Shown piece by piece: positions 47,905 to 57,580 of a stretch of 61,951 nt of DNA (position 1 is the first letter of the stretch; the number at the start of each line of letters is the position of its first letter). The notes beneath the pieces were generated by a model. The model was not told where the DNA came from. It worked only from the letters and a program-made list of their open reading frames with translations, and did not search any database. Source of the DNA: an uncultured Clostridiaceae bacterium (GTDB taxonomy: Bacteria > Bacillota > Limnochordia > Darwinibacteriales > Darwinibacteriaceae); NCBI GenBank assembly GCA_964626065.1, contig CAZVDE010000005.1, positions 1 through 61,951 on the forward strand, read 5' to 3'. The position numbers and the translations under genes are program-made.

Positions 47905-48951
47905 ATGGAAAAAGCAAAAAAATCAGTCTGGAAAATACCCTGGAAAGGGATCTTAGTTGCCCTGGGCAGTGGGGCGCTTGCCCTATTTTTTGTCTTCAAT
48001 AAGGTGGCCCGGCCCGGGGAAATACTCAGGGAATTAAGGGTTTATCCCCTGGCATATTTTTTCACCGCCCTTTTCTTTGTTCTAGCCGCCTGGATCGTTG
48101 ATGGACAGCGCATCGGCATCTTGATACGCTCCCTAGGCCACCGCATACCGTGGTGGCAGTTGGCGATTACTTTGGGTGCGGCCAATTTTTTGACGTTGGT
48201 GACGCCTTTTGCCGGGGGCGGCGGTGCTTTGATCATCTATTTTTTGTATCGGCGGGGTTTTACAGTACCCAGCGCCAGCGCCGTGGTTGTCGCGGGCGGC
48301 ATGGCGGGCCAGCTCAGCCTGGCGGCCTTAAGCCTAGTACTATTTTCCTTCGTTACTAACGTGCCGCCAAACCTGGCCAAGTTTTTTTTCTATATAAAGG
48401 TTGGGGCGTTCGGCTATATTTTGATTCTCATTGCCCTAATACTCTTAATTACAAGAAATGACAGGTTCTTTCGGTGGTTTTTTCAAAAATGGGGCAACAA
48501 GTCCAGATCGGCCCAGTGGCTGGAGGAGTTTCGTTCCGTTTACACACTGCTTGTCAGTGAAAAACGCCTCCACTACACTGCCTGCTTGGGGATGGCTCTA
48601 GGCTATTATGGTGTTTATTATCTGGGCGGCTTCGTGCTGCTCAGTGGTTTTAACGTTTACCATCCCTGGTTGCGGTATGCAATTTCAGTATCCTTTGGCA
48701 TCGCCCCCGTTTTTTCACCCCTTCCGGGCGGCGCGGGGCTTTCGGAGGGCATTGCTTACTTGGTACTCAATGATCTGCCTCGTGATGCCTTGGCAACCTT
48801 TATCGTCCTATGGCGTACGGTAGTTTTCTATGTTCCAATTCTATTGGGCGGCGGTATTTTTTCGTTTCTCGCCGTTCGCTGGGCAACACGCGGTTCGCCT
48901 CGTCGCGATGAGCGTGTAATATTACCTGAGGAAAAGGATCATAATAGGTAA
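47905..48951 (+). CDS. flippase-like (UPF0104 / MprF TM-region family) membrane protein
   Basis: 348 aa with about eight TM helices; PLPGGAGLSEG motif. Confidence 0.75.
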   Translation: MEKAKKSVWKIPWKGILVALGSGALALFFVFNKVARPGEILRELRVYPLAYFFTALFFVLAAWIVDGQRIGILIRSLGHRIPWWQLAITLGAANFLTLVTPFAGGGGALIIYFLYRRGFTVPSASAVVVAGGMAGQLSLAALSLVLFSFVTNVPPNLAKFFFYIKVGAFGYILILIALILLITRNDRFFRWFFQKWGNKSRSAQWLEEFRSVYTLLVSEKRLHYTACLGMALGYYGVYYLGGFVLLSGFNVYHPWLRYAISVSFGIAPVFSPLPGGAGLSEGIAYLVLNDLPRDALATFIVLWRTVVFYVPILLGGGIFSFLAVRWATRGSPRRDERVILPEEKDHNR

Positions 48952-48975
48952 TATAACTTGCAGAGGGAGATGGCC

Positions 48976-49404
48976 ATGGGTTACCAAGAACAGCTCCGGG
49001 AGGCCCGGGAGATTTTACAGAAAGAGATCAAGGAATTGCATGATAATTTGGCTTCAAAAGAGTTCGCGCTGCGTAAGATTGACGGGATTCTAAAGGGTTC
49101 CGGTTCGGGACGCGGCAGAAGGCCTTCTTTGACGAGCCAGATTGTGGAAGCCCTTTATTCTCTATCTAAGGAACACGAACGGGGGGTTCCGGCCAAGGCG
49201 GTGATAGAGGAATTCGCGGGCCGGCGGCAGGATGTGAACCCTTCTACGATTCGTTCCACTTTGTATCAGGTGACACGTAAATTGCGACCGACCGAAATCG
49301 CGGTGGGTGAAGGGATCAAACAGGTGCGCGTTCTAAAAGACGGCCCATTATACGATGTGGAACTGGTCAGCGCTCAACAGGCGGAAGGGCAGCCTCGGTC
49401 CTGA
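48976..49404 (+). CDS. hypothetical protein (coiled-coil N-terminus, possible winged-helix C-terminus)
   Basis: ORF with SD-like GAGGGAG; no motif recognised; 3' end overlaps the dinG-like gene by 38 nt. Confidence 0.45.
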   Translation: MGYQEQLREAREILQKEIKELHDNLASKEFALRKIDGILKGSGSGRGRRPSLTSQIVEALYSLSKEHERGVPAKAVIEEFAGRRQDVNPSTIRSTLYQVTRKLRPTEIAVGEGIKQVRVLKDGPLYDVELVSAQQAEGQPRS

Positions 49405-51331
49405 ACAAGCCCGCGAGTTCGTCGAGATCACGGGTGAACCTGGCGGGCGGAAGCGATTGCATAAACTGGCGGCCGTAACCGCTGGTCAAAATGCGTTCGT
49501 CCAAAATCACCACACCCCCCACATCCCGCTTAGTGCGGATCAGCCGGCCGAAGCCCTGTTTAAGGCGTAGAATGGCCTGGGGGATGCTGTAGTCGAAAAA
49601 AGAATTGCCCCCTGCCGCTTCGATCGCCTTCAGCCTCGCCGCGGTAACGGGGCGATCGGGTACCGTAAAAGGCAGGCGAGTGATGACCACCGCTTTAAGG
49701 GCGCTGCCGGGCAGGTCAATTCCTTCCCAAAAACTGTTTGTGCCAAAGAGCAGGGAGTGGGGTTCTTCCTGAAAATATTGTATTAGGCTCAGGCGGGGTC
49801 CGTCCCCCTGTTTAAACAAGGCGTAGCCCTCTTCTTCCAATTTGGGAGTAATGGCCTGCGCCACTTCGTTCATGAGGCTATAGCTTGTGAATAGGGCTAA
49901 CACGCCCCCTTTAGTGTTGGCCGCGGTGCGCAGGATCAGATAGGCAACGTAGTGGGCGTAGCGGGGGTGGTTGGGGCTTTTTGCCTCTCGCGGCACACAC
50001 AACAGCGCCTGCTGATCAAAGGCGAAGGGCGAGCCTAGAATCAGGCCTGTGGCTTCCTGCAGGCCCAGTTGGTTCTGGATGTAATCAAATGAGGCATTGG
50101 TGCTTAGGGTGGCGGAAGTCAATATCACGGTTGAAACCTGCTCAAACAAGGCTTGGCGCAGCAGCCGATTGACTGTGGTAGGTGCCGCAACCAAAGAGGC
50201 CTCGCCGTTTTGCAGCTCGGCCCAGTAAACGTAACTGTCATCCTCCCCGAGAAGAATCAGCTCCAAGGCGCTCTGCAATTCGGCTGTATACTCCGCAAAG
50301 CGTTCCAACAAGCCCGAAAGTTCCCCTTCTTCCACGTTACACTCCTGCAGTGCTTTTTCTACATCCCGCAGATGTTTGGGCAGGCTCGTTTGGGTGAAAT
50401 GGGCCCGATTATCAGCCTCAATGGGGAAAGTGTAGCCCGTTATCAAAGGCTCTATTTGGGCAAAGTATTGTCCCGCTTCTTTGATCGTTTCTTCTAGGAT
50501 TAATTGTAGATCCTGCACCACGTATTCGGGCACTGTACCGCGTAAGGAGGCTAAAAGCTGGATACCGACGCGATAATAGGCCAAAAAGCCCTCCCGGTTC
50601 AGCCTATGGCTGAAGGAATTAGTGGCCACCTCATCTAAGTTATGTGCTTCGTCAATGACAACCCCATCATAGTTGGGCAGCACGCGCCCCTCGGTACGCA
50701 CGTCCGCCAACAGCATGGCCTGATTGGTAATGATCAGCTCCGCGTCCGCAAGGCGGTGGCGTAAACTCCAATAAAAACAATCACCAAAATAAGGGCACAG
50801 CTCTTCAGGGCAGTTATCCCTTTCACAGCGAATTTCGGACCAAACGTCCCAGGCAATCTTTATGGGGGACTCACTGTAATCGCCGGTGTCGGTGGCCTGT
50901 ACCCATTCATCCAACACTTTAAATTCCGGGACAAGCCCCAATTGATTACCGCTATTTTGGCGAAATTCATGCCAGCGCCGCCGGCAGAGGTAATTGCTGC
51001 GCCCTTTGAATATTTCCGCTCGAAAATCCAAGGGAAGTACCCGCCGTAAGAATGGAATGTCTTTTTCAAAGAGCTGTTCCTGCAGGGTAATGGTGTGTGT
51101 GGCCACAACAGCCCTTTTGTTTTCCTGTACTGTGTGGTAGATTAAGGGTAAAAGGTAAGCGAGGCTTTTGCCTACCCCGGTACCTGCTTCGATAATTCCG
51201 TGCTGTTGCGTTTTTAGGGCCGCGTAGATATGATCCGCCATTTTGATCTGTTCGGGCCGATATTCATAGGTTGCTAATTCCTGTGCCAACAGCCCCGCAG
51301 GGCCCAGCAGCCTTTTCGAGTCAAAAGCCAC
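49367..51331 (-). CDS. dinG: ATP-dependent DNA helicase, DinG/XPD (Rad3) family with an Fe-S cluster domain
   Basis: AGTGVGKS Walker A, DEAHN box, four-Cys insert (CRRRW..CERDNCPEELCPYFGDC), C-terminal helicase motifs (QGFGRLIR). Confidence 0.9.
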   Translation of the reverse strand: MAFDSKRLLGPAGLLAQELATYEYRPEQIKMADHIYAALKTQQHGIIEAGTGVGKSLAYLLPLIYHTVQENKRAVVATHTITLQEQLFEKDIPFLRRVLPLDFRAEIFKGRSNYLCRRRWHEFRQNSGNQLGLVPEFKVLDEWVQATDTGDYSESPIKIAWDVWSEIRCERDNCPEELCPYFGDCFYWSLRHRLADAELIITNQAMLLADVRTEGRVLPNYDGVVIDEAHNLDEVATNSFSHRLNREGFLAYYRVGIQLLASLRGTVPEYVVQDLQLILEETIKEAGQYFAQIEPLITGYTFPIEADNRAHFTQTSLPKHLRDVEKALQECNVEEGELSGLLERFAEYTAELQSALELILLGEDDSYVYWAELQNGEASLVAAPTTVNRLLRQALFEQVSTVILTSATLSTNASFDYIQNQLGLQEATGLILGSPFAFDQQALLCVPREAKSPNHPRYAHYVAYLILRTAANTKGGVLALFTSYSLMNEVAQAITPKLEEEGYALFKQGDGPRLSLIQYFQEEPHSLLFGTNSFWEGIDLPGSALKAVVITRLPFTVPDRPVTAARLKAIEAAGGNSFFDYSIPQAILRLKQGFGRLIRTKRDVGGVVILDERILTSGYGRQFMQSLPPARFTRDLDELAGLFRTEAALPPVER

Positions 51332-51505
51332 GATCTCACCGCCTCATTTTGATTATATCACAGGGTTAGAGAAAAATAGCCGGTATGCTGAATTTAAACC
51401 GAGAAAGCGAGTGATGGCGGCGCACGTACCGGGATTGGAGTATCAAACCCCGAGCAGGGCAGGGATTGGGGAAGGGAAGTTGAACTAAAGCAGAAGCAAT
51501 GGAAG

Positions 51506-52462
51506 GTGAAAAGGATGCACAGAGAACAACTGCAGCGGCTTAGGAAAAACATAAACCGAGTAATAGTAGGCAAGGAAGAAGTGACAGAACTTCTTTTGAC
51601 CGCACTTTTGGCTCCCGGGAACTGTTTGATCGATGATGTGCCCGGCGTGGGCAAGACGAAATTGGCCAACGCCTTGGCTCGCTCATTGGGTATTGATTTT
51701 AAACGGATTCAGTTTACGCCCGATCTGCAGCCCGCTGACATCACCGGAATATATTTTTACAATCAAAAAGAGGGTGAGTTTCAGTTCCGGCCCGGGCCCG
51801 TGTTTACCAATATTCTTTTGGCGGATGAGATCAACAGGGCGGTGCCCCGCACCCAATCCAGCCTTTTAGAGGCCATGGAGGAACAGCAGGTAAGCATCGA
51901 GGGGACAATTTTCCCCCTTGCCGCCCCGTTTATGGTGATCGCTACCCAAAACCCATTAGAACTGGAAGGGACTTTTCCGCTGCCGGAGGCGCAGTTGGAT
52001 CGTTTTTTGCTCAAGATTGAAATGGGTTATCCCTCCTTGGAGCAGGAAGCGCAGATTTTGGCCCGTTTTAAAGAGGCCGATCCTTTGGAAACGCTAGAAC
52101 CTGTCTTGGACGAAAAAGCTATTTTACAGCTGCGTGAGGCAGTCAAACAAGTCCGCCTCAGTCCGGATTTAATGGATTATATCGCGCGCCTATCCCAAGC
52201 GACCCGCGAAAGTTCGGATATACGCCTGGGCCTCAGCCCCCGCGGATCTTTGGCCTTAATGCGCTCCGCGCTGGCCTACGCTTATCTACAGGGTCGCGCT
52301 TATGTTCTGCCCGATGATTTAAAATATCTGTTCCCCTATGTGGCTAGCCACCGTCTCATTTTGGAGTATGAAAGCGAGTATGCGGAAGACAGCAAGCCGG
52401 AGTTGATCCGCAATATTTTGGCGCAGGTGCCTGTCCCGGTGGAGGATGTGCTGCATGGCTAA
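51506..52462 (+). CDS. MoxR-family AAA+ ATPase
   Basis: GVPGVGKT Walker A, ILLADEINR Walker B, ATQNP, LDRF. Confidence 0.92.
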   Translation: MKRMHREQLQRLRKNINRVIVGKEEVTELLLTALLAPGNCLIDDVPGVGKTKLANALARSLGIDFKRIQFTPDLQPADITGIYFYNQKEGEFQFRPGPVFTNILLADEINRAVPRTQSSLLEAMEEQQVSIEGTIFPLAAPFMVIATQNPLELEGTFPLPEAQLDRFLLKIEMGYPSLEQEAQILARFKEADPLETLEPVLDEKAILQLREAVKQVRLSPDLMDYIARLSQATRESSDIRLGLSPRGSLALMRSALAYAYLQGRAYVLPDDLKYLFPYVASHRLILEYESEYAEDSKPELIRNILAQVPVPVEDVLHG

Positions 52463-53705
52463 TAGATTTAAAAGGGGGCTTCTGCTTTTGAGTTTTGGCT
52501 TTTTGGCCCTTTTTGCCGGACTGCGGGGTTATACATCCGTATTCATAGGATCCTTACTTGTTCTTGTGGCCATGGGCCTGGCATATTTGTGGAATCGCTG
52601 CGTTTTTACCCGATTATCCTTTAACCGCACTCTCAATCGCACACAGGTGGAATTTGAGGGTACAATAAATATGCAGCTCACCGCAACCAATCGAAAAATT
52701 CTGCCGCTGTTTGGGTTAAGGGTAGAGGACACCATCTCGCATGGGCTGAAACTGGCCGATTCGGATAAACTTGTGGAAGTGAAGGACGGCGCCTATAATA
52801 TTTTTCGCGATCATCTTCATATAAACTGGTACGAGAGGCGCAGGCGCGTCTATGAACTTATTCCTGAGCAGCGCGGCCGCTTTGAATTTGGTGGGGGTAG
52901 TGCGAATTATGCCGACCCTTTCGGTTTTTTTCAAAACCGAAAGGAGCAGATCTTTGCCCCCGCCAGGTTGATCGTTTTCCCCAAGGTGGTGCCTGTTAAA
53001 GGAATTGAGGCCCTTGATACTTATTTATTCGGCTCTCGGCCCCGTGAGGGTTGGATTTTTGTTGATCCCCTCAATCGGGTAGGCACCAGGCCCTATGAAA
53101 GCACTGATTCGGCTCGCTTGATAAACTGGAAGGCTACTGCCAGGCATGTGCAGGTACAGGTTAACGTGGAGAAACCCTCCTTTGATCAACAGATATTCAT
53201 TCTGCTGGAGCAGCCCCCCCAGGTGAAGTGGTGGAGCCCCGCAACTGCCAACAATCTGGAAGTGGCTATTATGGCCGCGGCCTCGTTAATCCACAGCTAC
53301 ACGCAGGAAGGCTATCAGATCCAATTTGCCAGTAATTTGATTTCCAAGGTGCACCGCCTAAACCGGAGGCCTTCGCCGGTGGTTCGCGGCCGGGCACAGC
53401 GTTCCAAATTGCTCAGCGGCCTTGCACTGCTGCAGAATTTTAGTGTAGAACCCGGTGCAAAAATGTTGGCCCGGCTGCAGCCGGTGCTGAAACCGGGAGC
53501 GACGGTGGTGGTTATTTCCACTGCCCCGGGACATCTGGAAAAAGCATTCAGCCAAGCGATCCGCAAAATGATGCGCCGTTCACGGGTGGCAGTTGTTCGA
53601 GTGCAGCCGGACTGTTCAACTCTGCCGCGGGAAGCAGGACTAAAGGAATGGCGGATAGAAGGGGGGAGGCAGTGGCATGAAATTGCCGCGTTGGAATTAT
53701 CTTAG
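52455..53705 (+). CDS. DUF58 domain-containing protein
   Basis: Two N-terminal TM helices; R(P)Y..(G)D..R.INWKATAR motif typical of DUF58; overlaps the MoxR stop. Confidence 0.85.
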   Translation: MANRFKRGLLLLSFGFLALFAGLRGYTSVFIGSLLVLVAMGLAYLWNRCVFTRLSFNRTLNRTQVEFEGTINMQLTATNRKILPLFGLRVEDTISHGLKLADSDKLVEVKDGAYNIFRDHLHINWYERRRRVYELIPEQRGRFEFGGGSANYADPFGFFQNRKEQIFAPARLIVFPKVVPVKGIEALDTYLFGSRPREGWIFVDPLNRVGTRPYESTDSARLINWKATARHVQVQVNVEKPSFDQQIFILLEQPPQVKWWSPATANNLEVAIMAAASLIHSYTQEGYQIQFASNLISKVHRLNRRPSPVVRGRAQRSKLLSGLALLQNFSVEPGAKMLARLQPVLKPGATVVVISTAPGHLEKAFSQAIRKMMRRSRVAVVRVQPDCSTLPREAGLKEWRIEGGRQWHEIAALELS

Positions 53706-54981
53706 GGATTATTTCTTGATTTTGCTGCAGGGTGTGCTGCTTGCCGTTTTTGCTTACCCCTGGCTGCAGCTGGCCGCGGCGTACTGGGGCTTTAAACTAA
53801 GCAGTGTTTTGCTCTGGGTGTTCGTCACCGCGGTAGTCAGCATGGCAGTGGTGGAGCATGGCGCCGGGCGCGGCAGGCGCGGCCTTGTGTATTTGGCTGT
53901 CTGCCTATCTCTAATGCTTATTTTGGCTCTTCTATGGGGCCTGCCCTTAGTCTTAGTGATACCCCTGGCTTTGATGCTTCTTTATGCAGGTGCAAGATTT
54001 AACGGATATGCTGCCGATAAAAGCTTTACCTTTGACTGGGGCTGGAGCACATTACTACTACTTATTGCCCTACTCTTGGAGGAGCGCCTAGAATACAATT
54101 TGGGTTTTCCTTTGGTTTTTCTCTACGTCGTGCTGGGCATTGCGGCCATTATTCTTTGGAATGCGAAGACGCTGGAGGATAGGGGCTTATCTCCCGGCTA
54201 TGGGGGTCTAAGTCGGTTTATTCCTTTGTTTGTCTTGGGAGCAACGGTTGTTTCCGGCCTGCTGGGCCTAGCCTTATCCCCTTCGCTGCTGCGGCAGGGA
54301 ATCAATTTTTTGCGGCTTGTCTACCACGGGTTGGTGGAAGTTCTATTCTTTTTGTTTGTTAAGCCCTTTGCCTGGCTTATGTCGCCCTTGTTCCGCTGGG
54401 CTGAACGGCAGGAATTTTCACGGCCCATGTCTCCTTTAGAGGAGTTTGCCTCTGAACGGCTGCAGGGAGAAACGGTCGCTCCCCCCAGTGAACGGGCAGC
54501 TCAAGTGGCGGCCTCCGTTGGTTGGGTTGTGCTTGTTATCATTTTACTGCTCGTGACCTGGCTGGTACTGCGCCGCATCCTGAGGCGGACCAGGCCAAGC
54601 ACGAAAGGCGGAATGGTGGAAGAGCGCCAATCAGTGTTTTCCGGAGAAGAAGTCCTGCGAGATTTAAAGCGCGGTCTGCGGAACTTAGTGCGCCCCCTGG
54701 CCAAACTGGGGAGAACCAGGTGGTATAGGGGGGACGATCCGATCTTAGTAATTCGGGCGTTCTATGCCAGGTTTATTACCGGGGCAAACAAAAAGGTAGC
54801 CTACCGGCCGGGGTTTACCCCGGAGGAGTACGGGCGGGAGTACGCCGCAAGGCGCGACGAGGTGGATCAACAGGCTCTGCAATCGTTAACGAGGATTTAC
54901 AACGAGGCACGCTATGGTGCACAGGGCGATGCCCAGGCCGTTAGAACAGCGGAACAGGCTTTTTCCAAACTGCGCCGTTAG
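53677..54981 (+). CDS. polytopic membrane protein with a C-terminal DUF4129 domain
   Basis: About nine TM helices; C-terminus FTPEEYGREY...LTRIYNEARYG matches DUF4129; no transglutaminase Cys-His-Asp core seen. Confidence 0.75.
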   Translation: MKLPRWNYLRDYFLILLQGVLLAVFAYPWLQLAAAYWGFKLSSVLLWVFVTAVVSMAVVEHGAGRGRRGLVYLAVCLSLMLILALLWGLPLVLVIPLALMLLYAGARFNGYAADKSFTFDWGWSTLLLLIALLLEERLEYNLGFPLVFLYVVLGIAAIILWNAKTLEDRGLSPGYGGLSRFIPLFVLGATVVSGLLGLALSPSLLRQGINFLRLVYHGLVEVLFFLFVKPFAWLMSPLFRWAERQEFSRPMSPLEEFASERLQGETVAPPSERAAQVAASVGWVVLVIILLLVTWLVLRRILRRTRPSTKGGMVEERQSVFSGEEVLRDLKRGLRNLVRPLAKLGRTRWYRGDDPILVIRAFYARFITGANKKVAYRPGFTPEEYGREYAARRDEVDQQALQSLTRIYNEARYGAQGDAQAVRTAEQAFSKLRR

Positions 54982-55002
54982 CGGCGAAAGGGGGTTGTTT
55001 AG

Positions 55003-55341
55003 TTGTATGCCTTGTTTTTGGTACTCAATGAAACGGAACTGTTAGAGGAGATGCTGGCTAGATTTGTGGATGTGGGCGTGCAGGGGGCTACCATTTTGGA
55101 TAGCCAGGGTATGGCCAGCGCCCTAGCGGGCAGCCGCAGGGATCTACCTTTTTTCAGTTCGCTTAAAGTGCGGTTTGAGGGGGCCCGGCCCTACAGCAAA
55201 ACGATCTTTACCGTTTTGGAAAACGAGGATCTGGTGGAACGGGCCGTTGCCGCGGCCCGCGATGTTTTAGCGGATACAGATGTACCCGGCGCCGGATTTA
55301 TGTTTTCTTTACCTATAGGCAGGGTTTATAAACTGGGCTAG
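55003..55341 (+). CDS. small hypothetical protein, PII/GlnB-like secondary-structure pattern
   Basis: 112 aa; MYALFLVLNE..LEEMLARFVDVGVQGATILDSQG resembles a beta-alpha-beta PII-like start; TTG start after the AAAGGGGG SD. Confidence 0.45.
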   Translation: MYALFLVLNETELLEEMLARFVDVGVQGATILDSQGMASALAGSRRDLPFFSSLKVRFEGARPYSKTIFTVLENEDLVERAVAAARDVLADTDVPGAGFMFSLPIGRVYKLG

Positions 55342-55411
55342 TTGCCTTGTTCTTGATTTACCATGGCTTGAATATTAGTACAGACAGAGGGACCTAGAAG
55401 GGAGCGAGGGC

Positions 55412-56101
55412 ATGAGGTGCCACTACGGGCAGGAGGAAACGGTTTCCTGTGTTAAATTGGTGCCAATCTTTCACAGTTTGAGCCGGGAAGAAATGGCGGA
55501 AGTCGCGGGAATCACCCGCCAAAGGACCTTCGTTGGGGGTGAGCAGATTTATGCCATGGGCGATCATATGGACGGTTTATTCGTCATCCATACCGGCCGG
55601 GTAAAGGTCTACCGTTTGAGCGACACAGGCAAGGAGCAGGTGCTGCGGGTGCTTGGTCCGGGGGACTTTCTCGGTGAACTATCTTTGTTCAGTCATTCGC
55701 CCATGCCCGACTACGGGGAAGCGTTGGAGGCCGGTACCATGTGCGTAATCGAAGGTGCCAGGTTGGGATCTTTAATGCAGAAATACCCCGTGATTGCCTT
55801 TAAGATCCTGGAAGAATTAAGCCGGCGGCTGGAGCGCACTGAACAGCTTCTGGAGAATATTAGCCTCCATTCCGCTGAAAGGCGTTTAGCCCATACACTG
55901 TTAGAATTAAGCGCCGGAAATTCCGAGATAGAGCTCGGTTTGACTAGGGGCGACTTAGCCAGCCAGCTGGGCATGACCCAGGAAACGCTAAGCCGCAGGC
56001 TATCGTCATTTCAAGAATTGGGCCTGATTACGCTGTTGGGCCACCGCCGGATCGTGCTGCGCGATAGGGACGGTTTGGGGAGGATTGGGCGCGGTGAATA
56101 G
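55412..56101 (+). CDS. Crp/Fnr-family transcriptional regulator
   Basis: cNMP-binding barrel (GDFLGELSLF) and C-terminal HTH (TRGDLASQLGMTQETLSRRL); N-terminal C-x(9)-C. Confidence 0.9.
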   Translation: MRCHYGQEETVSCVKLVPIFHSLSREEMAEVAGITRQRTFVGGEQIYAMGDHMDGLFVIHTGRVKVYRLSDTGKEQVLRVLGPGDFLGELSLFSHSPMPDYGEALEAGTMCVIEGARLGSLMQKYPVIAFKILEELSRRLERTEQLLENISLHSAERRLAHTLLELSAGNSEIELGLTRGDLASQLGMTQETLSRRLSSFQELGLITLLGHRRIVLRDRDGLGRIGRGE

Positions 56102-56906
56102 GCGTGAGGGCTATCTATACAAATTTGGCGGCGGCATCATGATCGGTTTTGGCCTGATTTTGCCCGGGGTGAGCGGTGCCGTTTTGGCCATGGGTTTAGG
56201 CCTCTACCAGCCTTTGATCGAGGCGGTGGCACGGCCGTTTTCCGATTGGCGTAATAAATTTCGGCTGCTGTTTCCCTTGGCACTGGGTGTGGGAATCTGC
56301 CTGTTGTTGTTCAGCCGTCTCCTGGAATTACTGTTTGTCTATTACCCCCTGCCTACACTTTACTTATTTTTGGGTTTGGTGGCCGGAGGGCTTCCCTCGG
56401 TGGTGGGATGGGCTAACCGGGCGGGTTTTCGCCTTTCTTTCTTGATTAGTTTTTGTCTGGGGTTTTGCCTTCTTCTTTTTTTGACCGCTCTTCCCCAATC
56501 GGGTCGCGGGTTATCTCTTGGTCAGGCCCACCCCCTGGCTTTTATGCTGCAGGGGATGCTGGCGGGCGCCGGATTGGTTGTTCCCGGGCTGAGTGCTTCT
56601 TTTTTGTTGATGGCCTTCGGTGCTTATCAGGGGTTATTAAATGCAGTGGTAAGACTTAATTTCGCTGTTTTGCTTCCCGTTTTTGTTGGTTTATTGCCCG
56701 CGGTCGTGTTGATGTCGCGTTTGATAAACAGGGCGTTGAAAAAACTGGGGGGTTATGCGCTTTATGGCATATTAGGCCTAATTATGGGGTCTTTGTATAG
56801 GGCTTTTCCGGGCCTGCCGCGCACCTTTTTCGAAACGGCGGTCTGTTTGATTCTTCTCTGTACCGGGTTTTTGATTTCGGTCCGTTTTTCTAAGAATCAT
56901 AATTAA
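56085..56906 (+). CDS. DUF368-family membrane protein (undecaprenyl-phosphate translocase-like)
   Basis: Duplicated (I/V)LPGVSGA / VVPGLSAS motifs in a polytopic protein; the true start may be 56094 or 56139. Confidence 0.8.
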   Translation: MGAVNRREGYLYKFGGGIMIGFGLILPGVSGAVLAMGLGLYQPLIEAVARPFSDWRNKFRLLFPLALGVGICLLLFSRLLELLFVYYPLPTLYLFLGLVAGGLPSVVGWANRAGFRLSFLISFCLGFCLLLFLTALPQSGRGLSLGQAHPLAFMLQGMLAGAGLVVPGLSASFLLMAFGAYQGLLNAVVRLNFAVLLPVFVGLLPAVVLMSRLINRALKKLGGYALYGILGLIMGSLYRAFPGLPRTFFETAVCLILLCTGFLISVRFSKNHN

Positions 56907-56920
56907 ACTGGGAGGTATCA

Positions 56921-57580
56921 TTGGTGTTTAATTTTGCTGATCTTTTTGATTTAGCCGGCTGTCCGTGTCCGGATGTTTTCGAGCGCTGTGCTTATCCCTG
57001 GGAGGTGGTTCCCCGGATCCCTGCGGTGATCGATGAGGTTTTGGAGCTAAATCCGGGAAAATACAAAGAGATTGCCCCACAAATCTGGGTTGGCGAGGGA
57101 ACCACAATTGCCGATACCGCCGTGTTGGTGGGCCCGGCCCTAATAGGTGCTAACTGCGAGATTAGGCCCAACGCCTATGTGCGCGGCAATGTGATCGTTG
57201 GCGATGGCGTTGTCTTGGGCAACGCGACTGAGATTAAGCAGGCCATCGTGTTTTCCCGCGTGCAGCTGCCCCATTACAACTATGTGGGTGATTCAATTCT
57301 GGGCGGTAAAGTGCATTTGGGGGCCGGCGCTATTATCTCGAATTTAAAATCCGTGCAGGGGTTAGTACGCATAAAATATAATGGACAGGTTCTAGAAACG
57401 GGACTGCGTAAACTAGGCGCCATCTTAGGTGACGGGGTAGAAGTGGGCTGCAATGCCGTTTTAAACCCCGGTACGGTGGTGGGCCGGGGTACAGTGATCT
57501 ACCCCGTAACATCCGTAAGAGGGGTGCTGCCCGCCGGTATGATTTTTAAGGGAGAGGGCAAGCTCGTTCCTCGCCGTTAA
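56921..57580 (+). CDS. hexapeptide-repeat (left-handed beta-helix) protein, GlmU C-terminal-like
   Basis: Successive [LIV]-G-x-x-x-x hexads across residues about 60-200. Confidence 0.7.
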   Translation: MVFNFADLFDLAGCPCPDVFERCAYPWEVVPRIPAVIDEVLELNPGKYKEIAPQIWVGEGTTIADTAVLVGPALIGANCEIRPNAYVRGNVIVGDGVVLGNATEIKQAIVFSRVQLPHYNYVGDSILGGKVHLGAGAIISNLKSVQGLVRIKYNGQVLETGLRKLGAILGDGVEVGCNAVLNPGTVVGRGTVIYPVTSVRGVLPAGMIFKGEGKLVPRR

